A DNA stretch of 64,000 nucleotides from positions 124,001 through 188,000 of the forward strand of contig NMRA01000666.1 in NCBI GenBank assembly GCA_002633005.1, in the 5' to 3' direction. Both the position numbers and the translations under genes were made by a program. Shown here piece after piece: positions 50,526 to 62,777 of this stretch. Position 1 is the first letter of the stretch. Each line of letters starts with the position of its first letter. The DNA comes from Phoronis australis. Taxonomy: Eukaryota; Animalia; Phoronida. Under the pieces are notes generated by a model. That model saw only the letters and a program-made list of their open reading frames with translations. It had not been told where the DNA came from and ran no database searches.

Positions 50526-50846
50526 GTTGGAATTTTGTGGGGTAAAGTGGAAACTAAACACTTTTAGAAACCTCATGGAGTGACGAATCAGAAAATAATT
50601 GATTCCACCAAGGTGGCCGCCAAAAAATTAAAATTTCCAATTCCTTGACCTGAGAAATTCAGCTGTAGCCATGAAAACCAATATTCTAGGTGACTCAAAA
50701 GCGGAGATATTGGGCAAACTCCATTTTACCGGCGCCATTTTTTAAAATACAAGATGGCCGCCAAAAATGGAATCAATTATTTTTTATTTGTGATTCCATG
50801 AGGTTTGCAAAAATGCATAGTTTCCACTTTCCCCAAAAATTCCAAC
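50526..50846. mobile_element. MITE-like element with imperfect TIRs of about 80 bp
   Basis: 50526-50607 is approximately the reverse complement of 50768-50846 (GTTGGAATTTT..GGGG.AAAGTGGAAACTA...AAACCTCATGGA...AAAATAATTGATTCCA). Confidence 0.65.
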
Positions 50847-53800
50847 AAAATTACTCAACAAACCAGACTATAGAGACAAAATAAGCTATGTAATTCACAT
50901 TCAATTGTTGCAGAATAAAGTAAATGATCAAGTGCTGTCAGTCAAACGTATAACACAGCAACAAATACCAAACGGTTACCCTCAAATCGTTAGTCAAAAA
51001 ATAAGGTTGCTCGGAAACACCACGACCTTGTGTATGTGAATCGAAGGACTATTTTTACATTCAGAGAGAAACTGTACAAACCAGTTCTAAAGAAAACTTG
51101 GTTTCCGTATAATGATTTATCTTTCCCTCCGGGCACAAGTTCATCTCCGCTCAACAAACCTTACTCGAACACATGAATATGAACTCCAATAGACTCCGAA
51201 GGGGTTTTTTAGCAGCAGATGATTTGCTGGGTTTTAGCAATGTCTCCACGGCAAGTCGGATGACGAGAACTCGACCTTCGATGGCTATACTGCAGTTGAG
51301 TCAAATGCTGAAACCATTAACAAAAACCTAGCTGTTAGGCCCAAATAAGCATTTATGGTCATGGTCTCCACCCCGACACATTTTGGAACCTGCTCTCACC
51401 CATGACTCAAAAAACACACACGCACCGTTTCAGCCAAAGTATCGTTTTTTGTAAAGCCGCACAAAGGCACGTGACCAAGGGTAAGCAATAGGCAGTACCA
51501 CCGTCTAAACTGGAGTGATAGACAGCTGTTTAGGGTAAGCAAACGAAACGCCATGATTTGCCAAGCAATGAGAACAAGACGGATCAGATTCCGTATCATT
51601 TGCTGGTCTTGGAGGGGGGGGATTTTTGAACACGAAAGAAACGTGTGATTGTTTGAAGTTTACACAGTGATTAAAATAACAAGGCACATTCATGTATAAC
51701 CATCACCGTTTCCCAAAAGATTTAAACAAAAATCGTCGTCTACTTGCAGCTTCCATTAATAGCCTAGCTCCTATCTAACAAAACTTCGCCCCAGAAACTA
51801 TTCAAACTATTAAAATTATTAATATGCCAGGTATGCTGAAGCATTCATAAACCCACGATCGTCAATAATTCGAATTTTTCATTTCGACGTCTGCCCGTAA
51901 TAAAATTGGTCTCAACTTGTTCTTTCTTCAGGCAAGAAATCATTTCTGGATTCTCACAGAACTTAAAATTCGTTACCATGCTCGGCGCATAAAATGACGT
52001 GCCGTGACAAAAGAACTTGTAAAGCCACGAGAGCGTTCTACAGACCTTAAAGTCCTGGTTTCAAACTGCCCATGTGGTTCCAGTATCCGAAAATACTTAC
52101 TACTTAAATTCTTATTTTCGACACCCTTTCTTTATATTCTTTTCGCCTTTCTTGCCAAAAGTGATTTTTTAACAGTATTTGACCCTTCTCTGCGAGCGTA
52201 TAATTACCGGCTGTCATCGGTTATCTCCGTACCCACATTTCCGGCTCATCAGTTCAGGAACTTGTCCTGAACGCCGCCAATTTTTCCTTGTAACTGAATG
52301 TGCCAGCGCTTGCTCGAAAAGTCTTCATTATTTTGTTTTATTAGTAATATCTCGTGATTTGTTTGTGTGTGTAGTGTATTTATAGTTTGTAGTTAGTGGT
52401 AGTTGAAATTTTTCTCGTTTTGAAAAAGTACTTTGCTATCATCGAGAAGGTAGTGCATTCTACTCAGTAAAAATCGAAAAAGTATCAAAATCGGGGCAAG
52501 CAGTGTAAAGTTATTGCAATGTTTGTGGTGAAATTTAAGTCACTTTGTTTGGATCGCGTCGGCCATATTAGAGGACAGCGGTATAAGTTACGAGTTTAAA
52601 ACTTTGTGTAAATTGTTTTCGCCTACAATTTAAGGTGCAATTTAGTGAGACACATCTTTACTTACTATTCTGTACGATTCGACAGTGTTCACCAAATTTC
52701 AGCCTCGCAGTTGTTACTCATTAAGTGATGGCGACATTTGCTGAATTGGAAGGCATGTTCAACCTGTTACTTTGTAATTTGTGAAGATTTAACGTTGATA
52801 TATTTTGACAAGCGTTGCTACAAAAAAGGAGCTTTGTTCAATTTTCGTGTTTTTGGGGCAAAAATATAAGATAATTCGAATTATTTTACTGTGAATTTCC
52901 CATTCGGGTGATCTTACACTAAGCTAAAAAAATAGTTGAAATAATTTTGAAATGTTTTTTGTTTGACTATCAACTGCTGTTCAAGGCTTGATTAGGTGTC
53001 ACAAAATGATTCATATTTTTTCTAAATTTTAAGTCTCAATTGCTTTCAAGTCGTGTTTTGTAACTTGTTGCTTCTTAATTCAGGTTATCAAGTCAACAAT
53101 ATGAATAATCTTAATTTGAGAAATAAGCTATGTTGGATTGTGAAGCTTCAAGCCTCCAGTTCTTGTTCCTTGCAACTTCATATTTTTAATCATGCTTGTC
53201 AAATTCGAGTGTAAGGAAACACTATTCGGTCACCATGGTAATAGTTACATGTATGTCCACTTTCATATCGTGAAAAACTTTGGCTGTTGAATAGTGTTTG
53301 TAATGCTAAAAGTTGTAAAATATTGTGCTTTTTAAGTTACTTATTATGTTAAAAGGTTGAATCATTTTGGCTTAATGAATAAAAAATGATAACATATTGT
53401 ATTGGACTTGTCATACTTATGTGCTCGAACGAGCCCCCTATTTGGAGAAATGGAAAAAGGTCAGCCTCAGTCAGAGAAGCTCAAACTCCGAAAAAAGTAG
53501 AAAACGAGACGATATTCCACTAGAAGACAGGAAGTGCCAAAATTTAGCGTCTGCAATTCATAACTTTGAACCTTATAGTGAAAGATAGACATTCCCAAAA
53601 ATTCCAGCCCCCCATTTTTTAAGCTTGGTGCGTTCTTACAAAGTCTGGGAAAATCTCTGTTGAAAGCCAACAACTTTGCACAGTCTGCCTGAAGTACCCA
53701 AGCTCTAAATAAACTTCGTTTGAGCGAGCGCTGTGGCCAGCGACCAGGTAGGCCTAAGGGTAGCCTTGGCCCAAAGCTGTAGGGGCCTACTAACAAGCGA

Positions 53801-54976
53801 GCTGTATTTTGACGGTAGTCTTCATACTGGGTAGCTGGCACCGATGCTAGCTAAGGGCTGCCGCGGCAGTGTGACACAGGATATAACCAGCCCGTAATTT
53901 TGTGCAAGTGTATGAAACTACCTTTGAATATATAAGGCATTTAAGATTTTACTTCGACAAAACAGCTTGCAACCGCATGCCTTTATCGTTCGCCAGTGTT
54001 TGTCTCGATCCGCACCGGGTCCAATAAGCTGTGGTCCCGAGTCCGGCAAAATAATTTCTGTCAAAACTTATTCGTCACATTTCTTCAGCAAATTCGATAA
54101 AATTGTCCGTATTTTGATTTTATTAAAATTAAGGCGCGCTCTCCATTATTTTATCCCCGTTTGAAGGCTAGTAATAGGCACTCGTCCATTCACACTGACG
54201 GCGTTTTCTTAGCTTGGGGTTCCTGAATGAATTGTACTTCCGGGTTCGCGGCAAGTTCAAAATGGCGGTGGTTCTTGGGGTGCGAATCGTGAGACGCGCG
54301 TTCATTTAAACTTTTTTCGAGTACGGATTTTGTATTAGTTATGGGGTAGGTACTTCTTGGATCCTTATAACATCCTCTAACCATGTAATAAGGGATAACA
54401 ACGTGTGAGACCAGGACTTTAAGCTTCTTTCGTGAAGATAAGGTTTCGCAAGACCTCGCAATATCACGCTAATGCAAAGCTAGTGCTACGTGAGTATGCT
54501 CAGGACCTTAGTAGACTGTTCTGGCAAATTGACCGTGAGGTTGAAATGTTGAATTACGGAATTTTATTCACTGTTTCCGTTCCAATAACTCCGCACGTGC
54601 AAACCGATGTCTTTCGGTCTATAGAGAACTCTGCGTCATGCTCAGAACACATGAAATGTTAGCACTTGAATGCCAGCAAAAAATAAAACAGCAAGAGCGT
54701 AGGGAAATGTTGAGCTTATTAATTAACCCCGGTAATTAAAATTACACGGATGAAACAAGATTTCAATTTGTGCAATTTTAGTGTTTGGGGGCTCAGATCC
54801 AATTTCAAGTGTCAAATTCGGAAAACCGCGCATTCGTAACGGAACTACAGCTAAGTACATGTATAGGCTCTCCCGCGATATCCCTGGCGACCGGCAGTGG
54901 CGCTGCGCACTACGACTCCGTTTCTGTCGTCTGCTCTACTGTGCAATGAAGAAAATTGCTAGATTTTTTCTTAGAT

Positions 54977-56166
54977 TATAGACAACAGATTCGCAACTCC
55001 GACATTTACTTAGGTGTTAGCCAAGAGGCACCGCCACTCTCCTAAATTTTCTGGTGCAGTTTCCGGTTAGTGTATTTTGACGAGAAATACTTGCATCTAC
55101 TTTACTGTCCACTACAACGAAAAAAATATTAATTTCGCCATTGAAACGTTGTTCAAAGTCTTCCAATAGTAGAAGTGTTGGTATCGTGAGTACTTTTGGC
55201 AATGCTAATGGTAATTAATTACAAAATTCAAACTTCGGTGCCGACTGACTATGTCGTATGCTTGCCCAATAGCAGCATAGTTATCGGACAGTTTGCGATT
55301 TATGGTTTACANNNNNNNNNNNNNNNNNNNNNNNNNNNNNNNNNNNNNNNNNNNNNNNNNNNNNNNNNNNNNNNNNNNNNNNNNNNNNNNNNNNNNNNNN
55401 NNNNNNNNNNNNNNNNNNNNNNNNNNNNNNNNNNNNNNNNNNNNNNNNNNNNNNNNNNNNNNNNNNNNNNNNNNNNNNNNNNNNNNNNNNNNNNNNNNNN
55501 NNNNNNNNNNNNNNNNNNNNNNNNNNNNNNNNNNNNNNNNNNNNNNNNNNNNNNNNNNNNNNNNNNNNNNNNNNNNNNNNNNNNNNNNNNNNNNNNNNNN
55601 NNNNNNNNNNNNNNNNNNNNNNNNNNNNNNNNNNNNNNNNNNNNNNNNNNNNNNNNNNNNNNNNNNNNNNNNNNNNNNNNNNNNNNNNNNNNNNNNNNNN
55701 NNNNNNNNNNNNNNNNNNNNNNNNNNNNNNNNNNNNNNNNNNNNNNNNNNNNNNNNNNNNNNNNNNNNNNNNNNNNNNNNNNNNNNNNNNNNNNNNNNNN
55801 NNNNNNNNNNNNNNNNNNNNNNNNNNNNNNNNNNNNNNNNNNNNNNNNNNNNNNNNNNNNNNNNNNNNNNNNNNNNNNNNNNNNNNNNNNNNNNNNNNNN
55901 NNNNNNNNNNNNNNNATCTTTTCTTCCCACAGCCTATTATGGGGCCTTCGGATGGTATGGAAGCTAATTCCTTTGCATTTCGCGTGTGTGGCCGAACATC
56001 CGGCCACACAGTAGCCGACCATGCGGCAGACGACGTACTTGCCGGAAATTGCACCAGAAAATTTAGCCAGGTGTCGCTAGTGAATAATGACGTAAGTGCT
56101 TGTGCGCAAGTTCACAGATTTCGTCCATTGAAAGTATACGGAGTTGCCGTCCATGTACTGTCTATG
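54977..56166 (-). mobile_element. P-like DNA transposon relic with THAP-domain N-terminal fragment, spanning the assembly gap
   Basis: The minus-strand ORF from 56022, MVGYCVAGCSATHAKCKGISFH..., is a THAP-like start. There is a 25-bp inverted repeat at 55042-55066 / 56042-56066, and (C/T)ATAGAC...GCAACTCCG at both ends. No TSD recognised. Confidence 0.55.
55312..55915. other. Assembly gap (604 N)
   Basis: Run of n. Confidence 1.
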
Positions 56167-56524
56167 CTTTTTTAAAGAAAATGGAATCTGAGTGGCGATG
56201 AAAAAACAGAAGCTGCTGGTAAGATTTGAATTTTAATCGAAGCCTTAGTGAATCACTCAGAAACTCATAATTCTCTCTTTGTCAAACCTTAACTTAAGAC
56301 GATTTCCAAAGCAATCGTGTCATTATTGCCAACACGATAAACGGATTTGGTCTTTTGAGCAATTGAAGACTATTTTAAATACAACAGATTTGTTACGAGT
56401 CGATTGCACAAAATATAAAACGTGTAATAAGCATAGCAAAAAGAAGTAGGTTTCGCGCGCAAACGCTGTAGACCATAAACAAGTACACCACTGCAGGTCT
56501 CTTAGTATCATATTAGGAGTTAAG

Positions 56525-56596
56525 TGGTGGTTGTGTAGTGGTAAGCACGCTAGCTCTATCCGCAAGGTCGTGAGTTCGAGTCTGTGGTACCCTCAG
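56525..56596 (+). mobile_element. tRNA-derived SINE head / tRNA-like relic
   Basis: TGTGTAGTGGTAA A-box-like and GAGTTCGAGTC B-box-like motifs. The acceptor stem does not pair. Confidence 0.5.
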
Positions 56597-56918
56597 TTTT
56601 TCATGTTTGACACGTTCTCCGTTTTTGCTTTTTTTCTTGGATAATACTTCAGGAATCAAGGAAAATGCTTGATTTTTAGAGGAAAAAACAGAAAAATTTC
56701 CTGGGCCCGACCTATCCCCATTCGGTGCTCTGCGCATCTACAATTATGCTTTGCGCAAATGCTTACAGACAAAATGTTGGGCCCCCTTGTGATATCCTAG
56801 ATCCGCCACTGTCTAGTTTGACTTGGGAACAGTTTCCGAGACCAATCTTATAACAGTACATTTATGTGGTCGAAATTAAGTAATTTTTGCGGTGAACGGA
56901 GGGTTTGTGTCGCTTTAA

Positions 56919-58478
56919 TTAGATATCCAAGTATTTGAATACCTTTACCTCACCATCAACCTGAAGTACTGACACCTGCCCAGGACCAGTAATGGCTATG
57001 CCTGTAGGCCACCAGATATCACCAGCTTTGGTGATCTCGTATGCACTTGCAGGCGTGAATAGAATTACTTGGTCACTGGAGTAGTTAGCCACGAGAATGT
57101 ATCCGAACTGGTCGACACACAGACTGTCTGGCCCATCCAGGTATTTACTAATTGTTCTTATGACGACGGACTGCGTGTGGTTAATTACGTGGACAAGATC
57201 GGGGTTCACCGATGCTACCACCAAGTGTCCAGTTTTCTCGCTCACACCTACACAGCGGGGTGTGAACTTACTAAGTCCAAGCGAGCGGGCGTCTATTTGG
57301 TCTCGGACCTTACAGTCATAGTCAGTGAACACTATTAGTCCATCGTCTTTGTCTGCCACTATGAGATTGTCGTTGTGGCTGGTGATATACCCCTCGTCTT
57401 TATACAAACGAGGGTAGACCTTCATCAGATGACCCAAGGGGTCATACTTGACAACACCGTTTATGTCAAAATCTGTTATGAAGATCTCACCGTTTTTATT
57501 TGTTGTCACATCGCGTGGGACCTGCAGTCGGTATTCGGTTTGGTCCAATGTGAATTGCAATTCGAAATTACTCTTGTCAAAAACTTTGACATTCATGTTA
57601 CTCCTGTCTGAAACGATCAACTTTCCATCACCCTCTGCTAGTCCCCAGCACTTGCCCTTCTCCTCCCCCTGAAGTTGGCTGCTAAATCTCCGCTCGAGTT
57701 GAACACGTTCTTTAACAGTTGGTTGAGCGGTTACATGATAGACAGGTGAACTACTGGAAGATATAACAGCCATGGCAATATTTCGAGAAAAGTTAGATGA
57801 GATATGTACATTTTCAATCACTGTAACAATATTTACGTTTAAACCAGGATTTCCAATATTCTCAGCTCTCAATTCGATGACTGTCTTTTTCAGTAGTGTC
57901 TCAATGCATTCATTACTTAAATTCTGAAGACGTGATCTAATTTCCCTAAATCGCTGTAATTTATTAACGTCGGATATACAATCAAGAATACTATTCACAT
58001 CTTCTAAAGCACGCCGGAACCTTTCTCTACGTCGTTCATCTTCATCGTAGGCAGCTTTTGTGTGTTTTCTCGCTGCTTCTATCTTCTCGTTTAATCGAGC
58101 AATCGCAGTGTCTTCACAATTCTTGATTTGTTGACCAGTGACCTCTGTTGTATCGGGTAATTCGCTGAAAAGTCGTTTTATTTCACTTTCCTTAGCTTTC
58201 TGCTGCTCTTCCAAACTTTCAGAAATCTGTTTTCGCGCCTTACACAAGATGTCGCAGTGTTCAGCAACGTCTCTCCACTGTTCCGCCAAATTACGAAGTT
58301 CTTCACAAACGTTTTCTGCGGCATCCTCAATACTTATCATGTTGTGTTGGTTATGACTTGTAGTTATGCAATTCACGCAAATGGGAATCTCACATTGATC
58401 ACAGAAGATTTCCACTGGTTTATCCTTATGAGCAAGACAATTCAATAGCCCTATGTTCTGCACCGTCTCTTGTGGCAT
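56919..58478 (-). CDS. B-box / coiled-coil / NHL-repeat protein (TRIM2/3/71-like; no RING in this exon)
   Basis: 519-aa ORF with B-box2 CLAHKDKPVEIFCDQCEIPICVNC...H..H, a helical coiled-coil, and NHL repeats (PRDVTTNKNGEIFITD, PDSLCVDQFGYILVAN, PTGIAI). An acceptor ttttag at 58501-58500 is in frame, so upstream exon(s) may add an N-terminus. Confidence 0.9.
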   Translation of the reverse strand: MPQETVQNIGLLNCLAHKDKPVEIFCDQCEIPICVNCITTSHNQHNMISIEDAAENVCEELRNLAEQWRDVAEHCDILCKARKQISESLEEQQKAKESEIKRLFSELPDTTEVTGQQIKNCEDTAIARLNEKIEAARKHTKAAYDEDERRRERFRRALEDVNSILDCISDVNKLQRFREIRSRLQNLSNECIETLLKKTVIELRAENIGNPGLNVNIVTVIENVHISSNFSRNIAMAVISSSSSPVYHVTAQPTVKERVQLERRFSSQLQGEEKGKCWGLAEGDGKLIVSDRSNMNVKVFDKSNFELQFTLDQTEYRLQVPRDVTTNKNGEIFITDFDINGVVKYDPLGHLMKVYPRLYKDEGYITSHNDNLIVADKDDGLIVFTDYDCKVRDQIDARSLGLSKFTPRCVGVSEKTGHLVVASVNPDLVHVINHTQSVVIRTISKYLDGPDSLCVDQFGYILVANYSSDQVILFTPASAYEITKAGDIWWPTGIAITGPGQVSVLQVDGEVKVFKYLDI

Positions 58479-59789
58479 TTGTCCGTCCGAGTTTATCTTC
58501 TAAAACAAAATGTAACAAAAAATTTTGCCGATTAAAGCGGCCAGAAACCATTATTCCACAAGAATAAATTTCACCGGCAAAAAATGGTCTGAGGTTGTTC
58601 TTAACACAGTTGAGAAGTGACCTCAGGGCTTCAAAACTGACAGTTCATAATTTCTTGTGACCATGTTAGTTATCGCGTCAAAGGATTTGTCGCCACGAGC
58701 CAAATTGTTGAGCCTAGGCGCAAGCACAAACTAACTGACAGTATTCGGATGTTTAGTGATGACGTGTCATGGTAGTAGATGACGCAATATGGACCCGGAA
58801 TTAAAAATAGACATGCCGTCACAGGGTCCAAAACGTCATAATGACGTAAAAATGACGTCACATTGTCAGTTTCAAGCCCAAAATTCACATTTAATATGAT
58901 TAAAGAAAAATGTGGGACCACCCACGTAACACTGAGTGCACTAAATCAACTGCTAGTTGTTGTGACGGTAGGTCGGATTATAGCTAACCGTTCAACTTGA
59001 TATTGTATCACAGGCAGATTTAAACAAAAAGACCCACGGACACGACAAATCATGGCGGCATGTCGTTTTGGGAGATACGGGGACACTTTCCCTTAAATAA
59101 TTGCCCAAAAGTTTAATAAGCGGCTGCGTAAAATGTTGATCTTTGCAGCCGACGTTAGTTGCAAACTGCAACTGCCGCCTATGTTGCCGGCCTCACAAAT
59201 TCCGACATTTGGTCTGTCTACAAATCCGTGCACCGCGTGAGTGTTCCCGTAAAATGCTTAATTTCCTCCTCTAAGTCCTTCACATGGCATTTTATAGGCC
59301 ATGGACCGTACGCCACAAAAGGCTTATAAAACCAGTTTTGTGATTACTTTGGGGGGGGGGCAATTTAGTTTTGATTTTTTTATATCACAAAACATTGTAT
59401 TTCATCGAAGTAACAAAATCCCATGTTTGAACTTGCTCATTTGCATGAAGTTTAGCTAATTCTGCAGATGGGACACGGAATGTATATCAAGATGTGACAC
59501 TGCAAATAATGTTTCCAAAGGTTGAATCAATTCATAACAACTAGCATTTTATATTTTTGACATTAAATGCAAATTAAAGGCAAATTTCTAGTTTTTATGT
59601 GCATTACCTGTTCAATTTGGTAAAATTTTGACCTACCATTGCAAACATTTTTATTTTATTATTGAAGTTGTAAAAAGTGCAATACCAAACTGATAAAGTC
59701 GCCAAGTAACTTGATAATGCATTAGAAAATTTTACATTCATGTTATTAGAAACCACTTGATTCCAAATATCCATTAAACCTACACAAAA

Positions 59790-60530
59790 TTACAAAAAGG
59801 GTAGGAAAAATGAAAAAAATGTCATGGATAAAAACAAAAGATTGTAAAAAAGCGAGAAATATGGCGGAAAAAGCGGAGCACGGGCTGAAGAAAGTGGTGG
59901 TAATCAGAAATAGGTTGATAATGAGAAACAAGAGTAAGAAAAGACAAAAGGGGTGAGAAAAAACAAAAAGCAGGGAGGATAATAAAAATTCAGGGAAAGG
60001 CAGAAAAGCTAGAGAACAGAACAAAATGGCGGGGAAACGGAACAAAATGGCGGAAAAACAACAAAAAGGCAGGAAAAAGGAATGAAGACAAGATCGGAAA
60101 AAGACAAAAAAGAGCGAACATTAGAAGAAAGGTGTAAAAATTTACAAAAAGGCGGGAAAACACAAAATGATGGAAAATAGTTAAAAGGGCCTGAAAATGA
60201 CAAAAAAATAAAAACTAAACAAAATAGAGGAAAAGGACAAAATTGAAATCAAGTGACATAAACGACTAAAAGGTGGGGGAAAAGATAGACCGGAAAAATG
60301 GCAGCAAATGAAATATTGGCGGAAAAATGAAAACTGGGCAAAAGTAAAAAGCACAGAATGCCAGATGAATATGATGAGAAATTACAAAAGGCGGGAAAAT
60401 GACAAAACGCTCTGGTAAACCGATCAAAATGTTCGGAAAACAGCATATAGACGGAAATGGAGCAGAAGGGGTGAACCAAAAATGTCGGTAAAATGACAAA
60501 TAAACTTGAAAATAACAAAAATATAGATAT
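59790..60530. repeat. Purine-rich (A/G) low-complexity tract
   Basis: Strong strand asymmetry with recurring AAAATGGCGGAAAA-like words. Confidence 0.6.
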
Positions 60531-62535
60531 TGATGTAAGTAAATGATTGTTCAATGTTATTGGAGGAAAAGTAATAGAAACCGTTGTAGGGTTATTGTAG
60601 TTTTATTACAGGAACCTTTAAAATATATTGAAAATATGACTATTTGACAAAATTTTGAGAAATTTTGAGCCTTCCATAACACTTGTAATGAAAGATATAA
60701 TGTTCACGGCATCTGCCGTATCTAAATATGGAAAGGTGTCCTTTAAAACTCTTATAAATACGACTGCGTCAAAAAGTTTTTGAGGTAGAGAAAGTGCCTT
60801 TATGAAACTGGTCTTAGCTTCTTTACTCAGATCGGAACCGACAGTTCGCTATCGCCTGAGACGTGGTTGAAATTTGTGGGCAACAGCGAGACAGGGCGGA
60901 AAACGGTAAGTAAATGTTTGAAGCTCCATGCAAGAGATGCAGTTGTTTCAGAGAAAAAACAAAACACTTGTATGATTTTGATATTTTTTAATAATCTCAG
61001 AACGTTTTGAAAATAAGTATTTGACGAAATTTGCTGAAAACGTACTAAAAGCCTATATATTCACTTATTTCAGTGGTAAAATGATGTTCCCAGTTATTGT
61101 TTTGTATTTGGAAAAGTTAAAATTGTTATGAAGATGTAAAACAATGAGAATTTCAAATGGCAATTCTTTTTTGTAACTCCTGGGAAGAACTTAAAAGTGG
61201 CTTTTGGACTTGTTGAACGATTATTTAAATCTTAATATTGCAGGTAGTAATTTTCTTTATTTTACCTGCGCAGTTATTACACATGCAAAGCACAACAGAG
61301 CAGACAAAATTGTTGGCATTTGAAAAGTCCATATAGTTAGCAAAATCTTGCTGCGGTGACGTTTTGAACCCGTCTTGTGACAAGACTAAAAATGGCGTCT
61401 TTTTGAAAATATTTCAAACTATTTACATGCACAGTGCGTTTTAAAAAGTGTAAAATAGTTAAAAGACGTCACGAATAAAAAATAATGTAAATCATTAACA
61501 TTTGGCAAGGCTTTCAAGAGGCAAACAAGTTTTATATCCAATTAAGTCCGGAGTTGGTCTGTAATATCAACAATTATTTTCTCGTCCAGCTTCTTCTCAA
61601 ACTGATGCTCTGGAAACCTCGTCAATCCTCAAAAATTTGGAGAAAATTCGATAACTCCTTCCAAGGTCCGCAAAACTACAAGCGTGGTCGACTCTTGAGG
61701 CAAGTTGCACGACAACTGGGGAAAAAGCTCCGACTAAGGACGATGGTATCTATTATGTAACACTATTAGTATGTGTTTTAGTTGGACTCTGCTTTTATCA
61801 CTCAAGTGAGATGCCAATGGTGCATTATGTCGGAACAAAACGAGGATTCACTATAATCAGCAAGACAGGGGTAAGTTAGTATCCTTTTAACCTAAATAAA
61901 TTTCATAAAACGCCAAACATTTACCTGAAGAATGCAATCCATTTCTGTGTTGTCTTCGAGGGAAGCATGCATGTACTTTTCGATATACTCGTCGTGAAGT
62001 AGGTGTTCCATTCCTAAAACAGTACATAGTGCGTTCCCAGAAAATGATCGCCATGTTGAACTCTAGTGTTATTTATGTACACACATTGTTTGTGCTCGTG
62101 CGCGTGTGCGTGCGCACGGGTAAATGTTCGTGTGCAAGTGCGTGTGTGAGTGTGCGTGTTTCATTTAACAATTCAGAACCACAAAGCTTGGAAGAATTAG
62201 CAAAGTCACATTGACGGAAACATGGTTCAATAAAACAAATAAGACGATGTATTCGTGGTAATAGAAGGGTCTTAATTTTTGTTTAACTCCAGCTCATTAA
62301 TAAGAGAATCGCCAGACTTACTTTCAAAACTATTCCTGTTAGTAGGTCGATATTCGAGGCAGTTTGACACCAATTGTATGAATATAGGAGGCTCACAACC
62401 CTTTAGCTCTCTCAAGCAATGCACTTTTATGTTCATTCCGTTCGTCTTAATTTGATTTTCAACCACTATACCCTGCAGACCTAATACAGCAAAAGTATGT
62501 AGTTACATTACGACTGAGCTCGATTCATTTCGACA

Positions 62536-62777
62536 GTTCCGCCGGGTCAACTGGCTAAGACACAGGATTGGTCTGTTAGCCAGAAGTCGTCATCGTGAAC
62601 CAATCAGGTGTGCGGTGAGTAGACGCTAGGACCTAGCTAAAACCTAGCCAAAGTCACGTGCTCTCATTTAAAATGCACGACAATATCTCACGTAATCTCG
62701 CGAAGTCTTGCTTTTTAGCGAGGTCCTAGCGTTACTGAACGGGAGGCAGATGTCTTAGCCAGTTCATCCGGCGGAAC
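62536..62777. mobile_element. Nested MITE-like inverted-repeat element
   Basis: GTTCCGCCGGGTCAACTGGCTAAGACA (62536) and TGTCTTAGCCAGTTCATCCGGCGGAAC (62751) flank a copy of the 42485-42600 repeat. Confidence 0.6.

Noticed and set aside
55196-56054. Long ORFs of 200-270 aa
   Set aside because: Their length is an artifact of the 604-N gap.
56525-56596. Functional tRNA gene
   Set aside because: A and B boxes are present but there is no proper cloverleaf, so it is treated as a SINE head. The same applies to 8603 and 19474.
59746-60554. Phe/Leu-rich membrane-protein-like ORFs
   Set aside because: They result from the purine-rich low-complexity tract.
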